Below, piece after piece: positions 1-10,756 of a stretch of DNA of 32,000 nt. Within the stretch, counting starts at the first letter, position 1; the number at the start of each line of letters is the position of its first letter. A model generated the notes under the pieces. The model saw only the letters and a list, made by a program, of their open reading frames with translations, was not told where the DNA came from and ran no database searches. The DNA comes from an uncultured bacterium (GTDB lineage: Bacteria > Patescibacteriota > Gracilibacteria > UBA1369 > PNNO01): the NCBI GenBank assembly GCA_963704705.1, contig OY969931.1, forward strand, positions 780,001-812,000, read 5' to 3'. The position numbers were made by a program, and so were the translations under genes.

Positions 1-29
1 GGCGCTCTAGCCAACTGAGCTACAGCCCC
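1..29 (-). tRNA. 5' end of a tRNA (Ile or Ala type), truncated by window edge
   Basis: Reverse complement reads GGGGCTGTAGCTCAGTTGGCTAGAGCGCC, a canonical acceptor/D-arm start; lies downstream of 16S on the same strand. Anticodon is outside the window. Confidence 0.75.
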
Positions 30-48
30 ATAATAATTTATTGGGGAT

Positions 49-438
49 TTATTCTTCTTTTTTTGATTCGGTTCCTACTTCGGAACCTTCAATAGAGCTC
101 GCCTTCGGCTCGCTCGGTTCAGTCATAATAGCATTCTCTTTCATCATTGGTTCTTTTTCTTCTTTTTCTACTTTCTTTTCTTTTTCTTTTCTTTTCATGT
201 TCATAAATCCGTCATATAGAACATCTTTTAAAGAAAACAAACTCCATATAACAAATAATATAATTAATGGCATGCTATTAATCTGCCATGCGTATACTGA
301 TAACAATGCAGCACCAATCAAATTAATAAAATCATATTCAAAATCTTGAGTTTTCCATCTGCCTATTTGATTTAGGAGGAATGCCACAAGAAGTACAAGT
401 GCTCCTATATATCCAATTATAGTGTTAGCTTCTAACAT
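49..438 (-). CDS. small membrane protein (CBU_0592/YgjV-like) with Lys/Glu-rich tail
   Basis: 129-aa ORF with several hydrophobic segments (IGYIGALVLLVAFLLNQIG; FINLIGAALLSVYAW; PLIILFVIWSLFSL) and a charged C-terminus. Located between 16S and a tRNA. Confidence 0.6.
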   Translation of the reverse strand: MLEANTIIGYIGALVLLVAFLLNQIGRWKTQDFEYDFINLIGAALLSVYAWQINSMPLIILFVIWSLFSLKDVLYDGFMNMKRKEKEKKVEKEEKEPMMKENAIMTEPSEPKASSIEGSEVGTESKKEE

Positions 439-695
439 GATGATTGTTTAAATTGATACGCAAAAGCAAGTTTATATAAATTGATGATTAAGGTCAAGAA
501 ATAATTCATCATGCTTTGCTAATTCTCATACCTAAGCAAAAAAAGCCGCTTTAATTTTTTGCGACTCTTTAATGTTTTTAACATTCAGAGCGTAATAGAG
601 AAACCTCTGCCGTTTCAAATAAATGAAACGTGCTCGACCATATAGCACTGCATGCTAACAAATAAATGTTAACACCGTTCTACATGACTCCTTAG

Positions 696-2158
<1,463 letters not shown>

Positions 2159-2458
2159 AAAAAAAGTTTAATCAGATAATACCGCTAAAGTATTATCTGT
2201 AAGCTCAATGTTATTTCTGTTGTAAATTAATTACTCGGAAAAAATAGATTTTTTTGAAAAACCTATAAAAAATTGAATAAACAAGTTTCTCTATTACACT
2301 CTAAATGTTAAAGAACACACTTTTTTCGCACTCGAAGTTTTCAAAAGTGCCAGCACATTCTAAGTAACAAAACTTGAGAAGTCAAGACATTTTAGAGGAA
2401 AAAAGTTATAAAAATTGATATAATGTTATAAGACATTAATTCTATTAACAAATCAACT

Positions 2459-3079
2459 ATGTCAGACGATACACAAACCAAAAAGCCTATCGAGAGCATG
2501 TTAGTACCAACAGTTATTGAAAAAAGTAACTTTGGAGAAAGGGCTTATGATATTTATTCACGTCTTTTAAAAGACAGAGTAGTTTTCTTGGGTTCCGCAA
2601 TAAATGATGCGGTAGCTAATAATATTATTGCTCAGTTATTGTTCCTTGAGAACCAAAATCAAGATAAAGATATTACTCTATATATACACTCCCCTGGCGG
2701 ACATGTAACTGCAGGGCTTGCTATTTACGACACAATGCAATACATCAAACCTGATGTTTCAACTGTATGTATCGGAATGGCTGCTTCAATGGGAGCTGTA
2801 TTGTTAGCAGGTGGCGCAAAAGGTAAGAGATTTGCACTTCCAAATAGTGAAGTAATGATTCATCAGCCTCTTGGCGGAATTGAAGGTCAGGCTTCTGATA
2901 TCAGTATTCATGCAGATCATATTATTAAGACCAAGAAAAAATTAAATACAATTTTAGCTAATCACACTGGTCAAAAACTAGAACAGGTTGAAAAAGACAC
3001 TGATAGAGATAAATTCCTAAATCCGGATGAAGCTAAAAAGTACGGACTTATTGATAAGATTATTGAACGTAAAAAATAG
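2459..3079 (+). CDS. clpP: ATP-dependent Clp protease proteolytic subunit
   Basis: 206 aa; [25 protein letters not shown] (catalytic Ser) and MIHQPLGG (catalytic His). Confidence 0.95.
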   Translation: MSDDTQTKKPIESMLVPTVIEKSNFGERAYDIYSRLLKDRVVFLGSAINDAVANNIIAQLLFLENQNQDKDITLYIHSPGGHVTAGLAIYDTMQYIKPDVSTVCIGMAASMGAVLLAGGAKGKRFALPNSEVMIHQPLGGIEGQASDISIHADHIIKTKKKLNTILANHTGQKLEQVEKDTDRDKFLNPDEAKKYGLIDKIIERKK

Positions 3080-3081
3080 TT

Positions 3082-4002
3082 TTACTTTTTATATTCCATC
3101 GCATATTTAACAGCATATTCAGCTATTAATTTAGCTACATCAACATGTGTTGCTTCTGTAATACCTTCTAATCCTGGATTGCAATTAACTTCCATAACAA
3201 CCGGCCCGTCTTTTGCGCGCAGAAGGTCAACTCCGGCTACTTTTAATTTAAGCGCTTCCGCTGCAGCCAAAGAAATTTCTTTTTCTTTTTTGCTTAATGT
3301 AGCAGGTGTACCAACGCCTCCAAGGGCAATATTTGATCTAAAATCTTTTCCCTGCGCATCGCGATCCATTGCAGCAACAATTTTACCGTCAACAATAAAT
3401 ACTCTTACATCCTTTCCTTCTGATTCAGCCACATATTCCTGAATCAATAATGAATTAAAATCACTTGAAGTTAAAAGCATATCGAATGCACTGTGAAGCG
3501 CACGTCTGCTTTCAACAATTGCAACTCCTTTACCCAAAGAACCGAAAGGAGTCTTTATAATAATTGGAAATCCGCCGATTCTTTTAATAGCTGTATCTAA
3601 ATATTCAAATCTTCGAACAACAAGAGTACGAGGAACAGGTATATGATTACCTGTTAAAAGCTGTAAAGTTCTTAATTTGTTCTTTGCTCTAACCAAAGAT
3701 GTATAGCTTTGAATAATTGGATATCCCAATACTTCTAATTGCTGAACAATTGCAGCTCTTAAAGAGATATTTTCCAATGCTGAAAATCTTGGAATAATAA
3801 CATCAATTTTTGGAAAATGTTTTCCTGCCAATAAAACTTTTGGTTTTTTTCTTGTATAGTAAAGTTGGCATTTATCATCACGAATAACTCTTGGCGTGTG
3901 GCCAATTTCAGTTATTGCTTTTTTAAGCATTTTAACGTCGTTTGGGAGCTTGGTTGAACGTATTGTTATACCAGGTTTGAAATGTAAAATACCGATCTTC
4001 AT
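3082..4002 (-). CDS. RimK-family ATP-grasp alpha-L-glutamate ligase
   Basis: 306 aa with IIKTPFGSLGKGVAIVES, LLIQEYVAESEGKDVRVFIVDGKIVAAMDR and VMEVNCNPGLEGIT, typical of RimK ATP-grasp ligases. Confidence 0.88.
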   Translation of the reverse strand: MKIGILHFKPGITIRSTKLPNDVKMLKKAITEIGHTPRVIRDDKCQLYYTRKKPKVLLAGKHFPKIDVIIPRFSALENISLRAAIVQQLEVLGYPIIQSYTSLVRAKNKLRTLQLLTGNHIPVPRTLVVRRFEYLDTAIKRIGGFPIIIKTPFGSLGKGVAIVESRRALHSAFDMLLTSSDFNSLLIQEYVAESEGKDVRVFIVDGKIVAAMDRDAQGKDFRSNIALGGVGTPATLSKKEKEISLAAAEALKLKVAGVDLLRAKDGPVVMEVNCNPGLEGITEATHVDVAKLIAEYAVKYAMEYKK

Positions 4003-4132
4003 AAAAGAGTTTTATTAAAAAAATTCGCCCATAGAGCCTCGCAAGCTCGTCTCTGGCGTGTACATAATAAGAATTTTCTTTGAAAAAGCAAGGAAATTTA
4101 AGTACAATACGCCTGTCATTAACTTTAAATAA

Positions 4133-4711
4133 ATGAAAAAATTAAATATATTCCTATTGGGTGCGGTTTTTGTATTAACCGGATGCTTTGGAAGCGGTGA
4201 CGCTACAATCGATGTTCCACAATTTGAAGGTTTTAAAACTTATGAAACTCCAAGTTTTTTCATATCAGTTCCTGAAAGATGGGAGGTAATAGAACAGAAA
4301 GATTTTTCTGATGATATTCCAAGCCAGACTCAGATAATTTTCAGAAATAATATTAAAAACGATAAATTTACAGCAAATGCAAATGTAACCAAACAGCTAT
4401 TAAGTCAAGCAATGACATCTCAGGAATTCGCCAGAAGTGAGATAGCAGGCCATAAAAGTACTCTATTAAATTATCAGGAAATAAGCAGAAATGACGAATT
4501 TAAAGTAATTATAGGAGATAAAGTTCAAAATTCCGTTTATTTATTATTTGAAGGTAAGCAAGCTGAAGATCAGCCTATTATAAGGGTTGTACAAACTTAT
4601 GCTGTTAACGGTGCTGATGCATATACTGTTACTGCAGCATATTTAAAGGACTCTGATGAACTTACAGCAGAGGCAGCAGGCAGGATTATTGAAACCTTTA
4701 AATTAAAATAA
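4133..4711 (+). CDS. hypothetical lipoprotein
   Basis: 192 aa with signal peptide and lipobox (MKKLNIFLLGAVFVLTGCFGSG); good coding density between flanking genes. Confidence 0.7.
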   Translation: MKKLNIFLLGAVFVLTGCFGSGDATIDVPQFEGFKTYETPSFFISVPERWEVIEQKDFSDDIPSQTQIIFRNNIKNDKFTANANVTKQLLSQAMTSQEFARSEIAGHKSTLLNYQEISRNDEFKVIIGDKVQNSVYLLFEGKQAEDQPIIRVVQTYAVNGADAYTVTAAYLKDSDELTAEAAGRIIETFKLK

Positions 4712-4773
4712 TTATTGACTTTGCGTTGTAATATTCCTACTATCTAATTAGGAATGATTCTTAATAATTCCAA

Positions 4774-5406
4774 ATGACAAATAAAGACGGAGAAAATTGG
4801 GTATATTCAGAAACCGTAAAGCAGCACTTTTTTGAACCGCAGAATATATTAAAAGAAAAGCCTGAAGATTATAATGCTGATGGCGTTGGATATGTTGGCA
4901 GCCCTGCATGCGGAGACATGATGAAAATGTGGATTAAGGTGGATAAACTTACTGATACAATAGCGGAATGCAAATGGCAGACATTCGGTTGCGCTTCAGC
5001 AATAGCTTCTACTTCGGTTCTTTCGGTAATGGCAACTGAAAACGGCGGAATGAGCCTTGATAGGGCAATGAAAATTACTCCACAGGATATTTGTGAAAGG
5101 TTGAGCGGACTTCCTGATAGAAAAATACACTGCAGTGTTCTTGGAGATAAAGCTTTAAGAGCAGCAATTAACGATTATTTTAAAAAAAGCGGTCAAGAAG
5201 AAAGAATAGTTAAAGAACAGGCAAAAGTTATTTGCAGATGCCTCGAAGTTACTGATCATGAAATTGAAGAAGCTGTTCTCGAAGGAAAACAAACATGGGA
5301 AGCGGTACAAAGAGAAACAAAGTGCGGAACAGCCTGCGGAGGTTGCAAAGCACGCATTGAAAATTTAATTAAACAATATAAATACCAGTACTTTGGAGAA
5401 GAATAA
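4774..5406 (+). CDS. NifU-like Fe-S scaffold (IscU N-domain) fused to BFD-like [2Fe-2S] domain
   Basis: 210 aa; YVGSPACGDMMKM, TFGCASAIASTSVLS, HCSVLGDKAL (IscU cysteines) followed by VICRCLEVTDHEIEEAV...CGTACGGCKARIE (BFD-like). Confidence 0.88.
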   Translation: MTNKDGENWVYSETVKQHFFEPQNILKEKPEDYNADGVGYVGSPACGDMMKMWIKVDKLTDTIAECKWQTFGCASAIASTSVLSVMATENGGMSLDRAMKITPQDICERLSGLPDRKIHCSVLGDKALRAAINDYFKKSGQEERIVKEQAKVICRCLEVTDHEIEEAVLEGKQTWEAVQRETKCGTACGGCKARIENLIKQYKYQYFGEE

Positions 5407-6559
5407 ACAAATATATTTGGATCATGCAGCTACTACTCCAATGGACCCTCGTGTTTTGGAGGCGATGATGCCTTATTTTAAGGAAGAATTTGGAAATCCA
5501 TCTTCTATTTACTCTATCGCTCAAAGAGCAAAACAAGCTTTAGATGAAGCTCGCAGTGATGTTGCTGAAATTCTCGGATGCGCTCCCGAGGAAATAATAT
5601 TTACAAGCGGCGGAACCGAAAGCGATAATCTTGCGATTCTTGGAGTAGCTCGAGCAAATAAAACTAAGGGCAAACACATAGTAACAACTAAAATCGAGCA
5701 TCATGCTGTTTTGCATCCTTGTGAAGTTTTAGAGAAAGAAGGTTTTGAAGTTACTTATGTTGAAGTTGAAAAAAATGGAATTGTTGATGCAGAAAAAGTA
5801 AAAGCAGCAGTACGTGAAGACACAATTCTTGTAAGTGTGATGTATGCGAACAATGAAATCGGAACCATTCAGCCAATTGGAACAATCGGCAGGTTTTGCA
5901 AAAAACGTAATATCCCCTTTCATACAGATGCATGCCAGGCAGCAGGCGTTTTAGATATTAATGTTGATAGACTTAAAGCTAGTTTGCTTACTTTAAACGG
6001 CAGCAAAATCTACGGACCAAAAGGTGTTGGAGTACTTTTTGTGCGTAAAGGCGTGAGCATTCAACCTTTGATGTATGGCGGCGAACAGGAACGCAGAATC
6101 CGTCCCGGGACTGAAAATGTTGCAGGAATTGTTGGATTGGCGGAAGCTCTTAAATTGGCTCAGGCAGAGAGCGAAAAAGAAAACAAACGTTTAATTGCTT
6201 TGCGTGATTATTTAATAAAAGAAATCGAGGCGCGGATTCCAAAAGTAATATTAAATGGTGATCGAACAGAGCGTCTTCCAAATAATGTAAATGTTTCGAT
6301 TTTGGATATTGAAGGTGAAGCTTTATTGCTACGTTTGGATATGGCTGGATTTGCAGCCTCTAGCGGTTCGGCCTGCACTTCGGGTAGTTTGGATCCATCA
6401 CATGTTATTCTTGCGTTAGGACACCCATACGAAATCGCACACGGCAGTTTAAGATTTAGTCTCGGAAAAAGCACAACAAAAAAGGACCTCGATAAGTTGC
6501 TCGAAGTCCTTCCTAAAATTGTTGATGATCTCCGGGCTATAAGTCCGGTGAGACTTTAA
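5393..6559 (+). CDS. cysteine desulfurase, NifS/IscS family
   Basis: 388 aa; YLDHAATTPMDPRVLEAM, FTSGGTESDNLAI, HHAVLHPCE, LTLNGSKIYGPKGVGVL, SSGSACTSGS. Overlaps the preceding scaffold ORF by 14 bp. Confidence 0.95.
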   Translation: MEKNKQIYLDHAATTPMDPRVLEAMMPYFKEEFGNPSSIYSIAQRAKQALDEARSDVAEILGCAPEEIIFTSGGTESDNLAILGVARANKTKGKHIVTTKIEHHAVLHPCEVLEKEGFEVTYVEVEKNGIVDAEKVKAAVREDTILVSVMYANNEIGTIQPIGTIGRFCKKRNIPFHTDACQAAGVLDINVDRLKASLLTLNGSKIYGPKGVGVLFVRKGVSIQPLMYGGEQERRIRPGTENVAGIVGLAEALKLAQAESEKENKRLIALRDYLIKEIEARIPKVILNGDRTERLPNNVNVSILDIEGEALLLRLDMAGFAASSGSACTSGSLDPSHVILALGHPYEIAHGSLRFSLGKSTTKKDLDKLLEVLPKIVDDLRAISPVRL

Positions 6560-6561
6560 TA

Positions 6562-6870
6562 TTATTCATCATCTTCAGCCGATGGATCCGTTTGTTCTAA
6601 AACTTCCATTAATTCTTTTCCCCTTCTTTGTAATTTTTGCAAATATGGAGATTTATTTACTATGTCAGCTAAGTGGCCAGCTTTAAAGTGCCGTCCCCTT
6701 TCATTTACTTTGTATTGTGTAACTGGTTGATGGCTTTCATCAGATGCACAATCAGATAATCCATCACCATCACTATTTAAACCACCGTTACAATTATCAA
6801 TTTGAACTTCGCTATTTCCGAATAATCCCCCGGGTGCAAATATATCTTCAGGACCTTTTTTATTAGCCAT
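6562..6870 (-). CDS. hypothetical protein with one DSDGDG calcium-binding-like motif
   Basis: 102-aa ORF convergent to the desulfurase with a 2-bp gap; contains NSDGDGLSDCASDE. Confidence 0.55.
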   Translation of the reverse strand: MANKKGPEDIFAPGGLFGNSEVQIDNCNGGLNSDGDGLSDCASDESHQPVTQYKVNERGRHFKAGHLADIVNKSPYLQKLQRRGKELMEVLEQTDPSAEDDE

Positions 6871-7187
6871 GATTTTAAAGTTATTATTTAAAGAGTATCA
6901 TTTTAAGATATTTGTTAAGTTTTGTCAAGTATGTATTTGTAATTCAAATTCTGATCCCGGGATCGTGATATAGATTGTTGATTTTGCTTAAATTGAAGCT
7001 GAAATTGCTACTTTAAAATAAACTTCGAAAACAGCAAATATGTCAAATTTTAGTTTCATGCCCGGGCATTTAAAACCTATAAAGTCAAATTTTCGCTACG
7101 CTCACCTACCGGCTCGCTCCAAAAGGCTTCGCTTGGGCTAAGCCCTGCGCTCCATACAGCTCCGTTCGCATTAGCTCACTTCGCTGT

Positions 7188-7276
7188 TGGTGCCGCGGGA
7201 GGGAATCGAACCCTCACATGGTATTACCCATACAGGATTTTAAGTCCTGCGCGTCTACCAATTCCGCCACCGCGGC
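7188..7276 (-). tRNA. tRNA-Leu (UAA), CCA encoded
   Basis: Reverse complement GCCGCGGTGGCGGAATTGGTAGACGCGCAGGACTTAAAATCCTG...GGTTCGATTCCCTCCCGCGGCACCA; 7-bp acceptor stem, long variable arm, anticodon loop CTTAAAA. Confidence 0.95.
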
Positions 7277-7329
7277 AAATTTAGGCACAAATCTATTTAA
7301 GCGTGCCTGACATAAAATTTCAATAGCAT

Positions 7330-7719
7330 TTAATTACAAGTTGTTTCATCTGCTGTTATTTGAACTTCAGTAAATTTTTCATCGGAATCAGGACGCTTAC
7401 TCTCACCTTCTATCTGAATAACAGTACCTTTAAAACTAAATTCACCATTGCACATAGGCAGATCTTTAGTATAAACAACAAGCTGATCTCCATCTTCAAA
7501 ATCAACGTAAGAAATATAAGGATAATCCTCATGGATATCAATCATATGCTGCCATGGCTGATTCGACAATTTGCCTGTTAATTCAACTGTTTGGCCAACT
7601 TTAAGCTGTTTTTTTTCATTAGGAACAGGCTCGCACGAACAGGAACTGAAAAGTAAAATTGAAATAACGGGTATTGCTATTAGTCTCTTCATTTTATAAA
7701 GTTTAAATAACTTACTCAA
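7330..7719 (-). CDS. hypothetical small lipoprotein, possibly with an OB-fold tRNA_anti-like domain
   Basis: 129 aa with signal peptide/lipobox ([11 protein letters not shown]) and [18 protein letters not shown]...ELYVYTKDLP-type beta-rich sequence. Confidence 0.6.
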   Translation of the reverse strand: MSKLFKLYKMKRLIAIPVISILLFSSCSCEPVPNEKKQLKVGQTVELTGKLSNQPWQHMIDIHEDYPYISYVDFEDGDQLVVYTKDLPMCNGEFSFKGTVIQIEGESKRPDSDEKFTEVQITADETTCN

Positions 7720-7736
7720 TAATATATAATAAATTC

Positions 7737-8570
7737 ATGAAATTCAACAAACTCACATCTGAAGAAAAAGAAATAATCGAAAACAAAGGAACAGAACCGC
7801 CTAATTCCGGAGAATATAATGATTTTTTTGAAAAAGGTGTGTATTTATGCAGGCGCTGTAATGCTCTTTTATATTTATCTGACGATAAATTTCATTCAGA
7901 CTGCGGATGGCCAAGTTTTGATGATGAAGTTGTGGGTGCAATCAAAAAACAAACTGATGCAGATGGAATGCGCACTGAAATTCTTTGCAATAATTGCGGT
8001 GCTCATTTGGGTCATGTTTTTGAAGGTGAACATCTTACCAAAAAGAACACAAGGCACTGTGTAAACTCTTTATCAATGAAGTTTGTTCAGGCTGAACGCG
8101 CTATTTTTGCCGGCGGATGTTTTTGGGGAGTTGAACACTATATGAAAAAAGCTGACGGAGTTATTGAAACCACAGTAGGATATATTGGCGGTGATAAAGA
8201 AGATCCCACTTATGAAGAAGTTTGTGCTCATGGCACAGGCCACTATGAAGCGATTGAAATTTTATATGATCCAAAGAAAACAGATTATGAAACTTTAGCT
8301 AAATTGTTTTTTGAAATTCATGATCCAACACAAAAAAACGGACAAGGCCCTGATATCGGCGAGCAATATCAATCAGTTATATTTTATTTAAATGATGAGC
8401 AAAAAGAAATTGCTGAAAAACTTATTAAAATTCTGGAAGATAAAGGTTTGGATATTGCCACAAAATTATTTAAAGCAGGTAAATTCTGGCCTGCGGAAGA
8501 GTACCATCAGGATTACTATGATAAAACAGGGCATCAACCTTATTGTCACAAATATACAAAACGCTTTTAA
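7737..8570 (+). CDS. msrBA: peptide methionine sulfoxide reductase, MsrB-MsrA fusion
   Basis: 277 aa; MsrB part with CRRC/CNNC zinc cysteines and RHCVNSLSM; MsrA part with [31 protein letters not shown]. Confidence 0.93.
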   Translation: MKFNKLTSEEKEIIENKGTEPPNSGEYNDFFEKGVYLCRRCNALLYLSDDKFHSDCGWPSFDDEVVGAIKKQTDADGMRTEILCNNCGAHLGHVFEGEHLTKKNTRHCVNSLSMKFVQAERAIFAGGCFWGVEHYMKKADGVIETTVGYIGGDKEDPTYEEVCAHGTGHYEAIEILYDPKKTDYETLAKLFFEIHDPTQKNGQGPDIGEQYQSVIFYLNDEQKEIAEKLIKILEDKGLDIATKLFKAGKFWPAEEYHQDYYDKTGHQPYCHKYTKRF

Positions 8571-8600
8571 TTAAAATTCTATTTATTAACAACAATTAAA

Positions 8601-8858
8601 ATGGCAAAAAAAGATGAGGAATTCAAAGTAAACGGTGAAGAACTTCTAAAAAAAGTTAAACAACTTTTACATGAAGGAAATGTTCGCAGAATTATTATAA
8701 AAGATGAAAAAGGCCGCAAATTCCTGGAAATTCCGGTTACTGTTGGAGTGCTTGGAGCATTGGCAGCACCGGTTTTAGTTGCGGTTGGTGCAGTCGCAGC
8801 AATTGCAACAAGATTCACAGTTGAAATAATTAGAAAAGAGGATGGCAAAAAATCATAA
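8601..8858 (+). CDS. DUF4342-like protein
   Basis: 85 aa; EEFKVNGEELLKKVKQLLHEGNVRRIIIKDEKGRKFLEIPVTVGVLGALAAPVLVAVGAVAAIATRFTVEI, typical of the family. Confidence 0.8.
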   Translation: MAKKDEEFKVNGEELLKKVKQLLHEGNVRRIIIKDEKGRKFLEIPVTVGVLGALAAPVLVAVGAVAAIATRFTVEIIRKEDGKKS

Positions 8859-9180
8859 AAAAGATCGCAAGCAAAAACATAATAAATTCGATAACCTAAG
8901 CAAACCGCAGGAAGAATTTGATTTTCATGATCGCGGAGCTTTAACGCCTTTTGATGTTAAAAAGCTTGCTGATGAATTTTTACAGGAATGCAGGGACCGC
9001 AATTTAACTAAAGTGCTATTTATTACAGGTAAGGGCCTGCATTCAAAACACGGCATGCCTGTTATTAAACCTATGCTTAAAAAATATCTTCTCGAAAAAG
9101 CTTTTGTTAAGCGTGTTTATGAAGGCAGATTTGATAGGGGCGGAGGCGGAACATTAGAAGTAATCCTTGATTTTGACTAA
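8842..9180 (+). CDS. Smr-domain protein
   Basis: 112 aa; LTPFDVKKLADEFLQECRDRNLTKVLFITGKGLHSKHG...GGGGTLEVIL resembles the Smr (MutS2 C-terminal) domain; overlaps upstream ORF by 17 bp. Confidence 0.75.
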   Translation: MAKNHKKDRKQKHNKFDNLSKPQEEFDFHDRGALTPFDVKKLADEFLQECRDRNLTKVLFITGKGLHSKHGMPVIKPMLKKYLLEKAFVKRVYEGRFDRGGGGTLEVILDFD

Positions 9181-9874
9181 GCGATTTTGGGAAATAGATT
9201 TTATGCGCGGTATCGCCATAATTGCGATGATAACTTTTCATATTGTGTTTGATTTGCAGTATTTTGGGATATTTAAAGTAAATGTGAATGATTTGTCCTG
9301 GATTATTTTCAGAGATGCGATTTTTAGCTCTTTCTTTTTGCTTGTTGGTATTTCTCTGACATTAAGCTATTCAAAAAGCAGGCCGTTTTCACATTTTTTA
9401 TTAAGAGGAATTAAAATTTTTTGCTGGGGGCTTTTAATTACCATTGCAACGTTGTTGTTTTTAAATCAGGGCTTTATTTATTTTGGAGTTCTGCATTTTA
9501 TTGGTGTTTCAATTGTGATTAGCTACCCTTTTTTAAAATTAAAAAACGCGAATTTAATTTTTGCATTTATTATTTTTGGACTCTGGCTGCTGATCGCCAA
9601 TTTTACTTTAAGTTTCCCGTGGCTGCTGTGGCTGGGCCTTAAACCACATATTTTTTATAGTTTGGATTACTTCCCTCTTATCCCATATTTCGCGATTATT
9701 TTGATTGGGATATTTTTGGGAAACACGTTTTATAAAAACCATAAAAGGCAATATAAACTGCCGGAATTAAACATTAAACCAATTGAATTTTTAGGCAAAA
9801 ATGCTTTGGTGATTTATCTTATTCACCAGCCTTTAATTATTCTCTTTATAAGCCTTTTCAAATACTTCTTTTAA
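9167..9874 (+). CDS. DUF1624 / heparan-alpha-glucosaminide N-acetyltransferase-like membrane protein
   Basis: 235 aa; starts RFWEIDFMRGIAIIAMITFHIVFDLQYFG, multiple TM segments, ends FLGKNALVIYLIHQPLI. Confidence 0.8.
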   Translation: MILTKRFWEIDFMRGIAIIAMITFHIVFDLQYFGIFKVNVNDLSWIIFRDAIFSSFFLLVGISLTLSYSKSRPFSHFLLRGIKIFCWGLLITIATLLFLNQGFIYFGVLHFIGVSIVISYPFLKLKNANLIFAFIIFGLWLLIANFTLSFPWLLWLGLKPHIFYSLDYFPLIPYFAIILIGIFLGNTFYKNHKRQYKLPELNIKPIEFLGKNALVIYLIHQPLIILFISLFKYFF

Positions 9875-10753
9875 TTCATCAGGGCTGAAAATCCCTTCGT
9901 TTGTAATTATTTTATAAAAGAATTCTGAAGGAACGCGATCGTGAGAATATTTGGTTCGTTCGTATTCTATAGGCTTACTAATATGTGTACGTTTATGTTT
10001 GTGAATAAATATCTCTCCTCTTTTTGCTGATTTCCATAAACTGAATTTATCAGTTCCAAAAAACATATAAATCGGTGTTTTATGAAGCTGGAATTCCGAA
10101 ATCAAGCTTAATGCACCGGGATTCATAACAAACTCCTGAGTATCTTTTAAGGTAAGGGCTCCGTAAAAAACCATATCTATTTCATCCTGAACATGTGAAA
10201 GCATGTAAGCAGGAACTACGGTAAAAGGAATTTCAGCATTGTGAAGTCTTTCAATATTATCCTGGGTTTTTTTATAATCCTGCTCAGCGATAATGACATT
10301 AAATTTTTTCTTTTTATTTTTGTAATGTACCAAAACATCCTGAACAGTGTGGCTGTGATCGTGAATTAATATTGTTTTTCCTTCTACATCAATTTTTTCA
10401 GCATTTTTCAACAGTAAAGTTCTTTGTTTGCGAGAATATTTTAATGTTTCATTGATCTTTTTTAACGCGAGATCCTTCCAATTTTTATCATCTGAAATAT
10501 TACATACCTTACCTGTAATTTCCTTTTCCAGATAACCAAAATAGAACCTAAAAATTCCAAATTTTGGTTCTGTGTTTTTAACCATTTCAGCAAAGTCGTG
10601 ATACTGTTCGCAGAAATTTTCAAACTTTGAACCCTTAAAGGCTTTTATCGCATCAATTAAAGATAAAAGTACAAGTTCAGTGAGATCTCTTGTGCCCATA
10701 TCAACTTCAAGATCTCTCATTAAGTCCGAAAATATTTCAGTTTTGGATGTCAT
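9833..10753 (-). CDS. IF-2B / eIF-2B alpha-like family protein (MtnA / ribose-1,5-bisphosphate isomerase superfamily)
   Basis: 306 aa; ILIHDHSHTVQDVLVHYKNKKKKFNVIIAEQ, VPAYMLSHVQDEIDMVFYGALTL, GALSLISEFQLHKTPIYMFFGTDKF. Confidence 0.7.
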   Translation of the reverse strand: MTSKTEIFSDLMRDLEVDMGTRDLTELVLLSLIDAIKAFKGSKFENFCEQYHDFAEMVKNTEPKFGIFRFYFGYLEKEITGKVCNISDDKNWKDLALKKINETLKYSRKQRTLLLKNAEKIDVEGKTILIHDHSHTVQDVLVHYKNKKKKFNVIIAEQDYKKTQDNIERLHNAEIPFTVVPAYMLSHVQDEIDMVFYGALTLKDTQEFVMNPGALSLISEFQLHKTPIYMFFGTDKFSLWKSAKRGEIFIHKHKRTHISKPIEYERTKYSHDRVPSEFFYKIITNEGIFSPDELKEVFEKAYKENN

Positions 10754-10756
10754 ATT

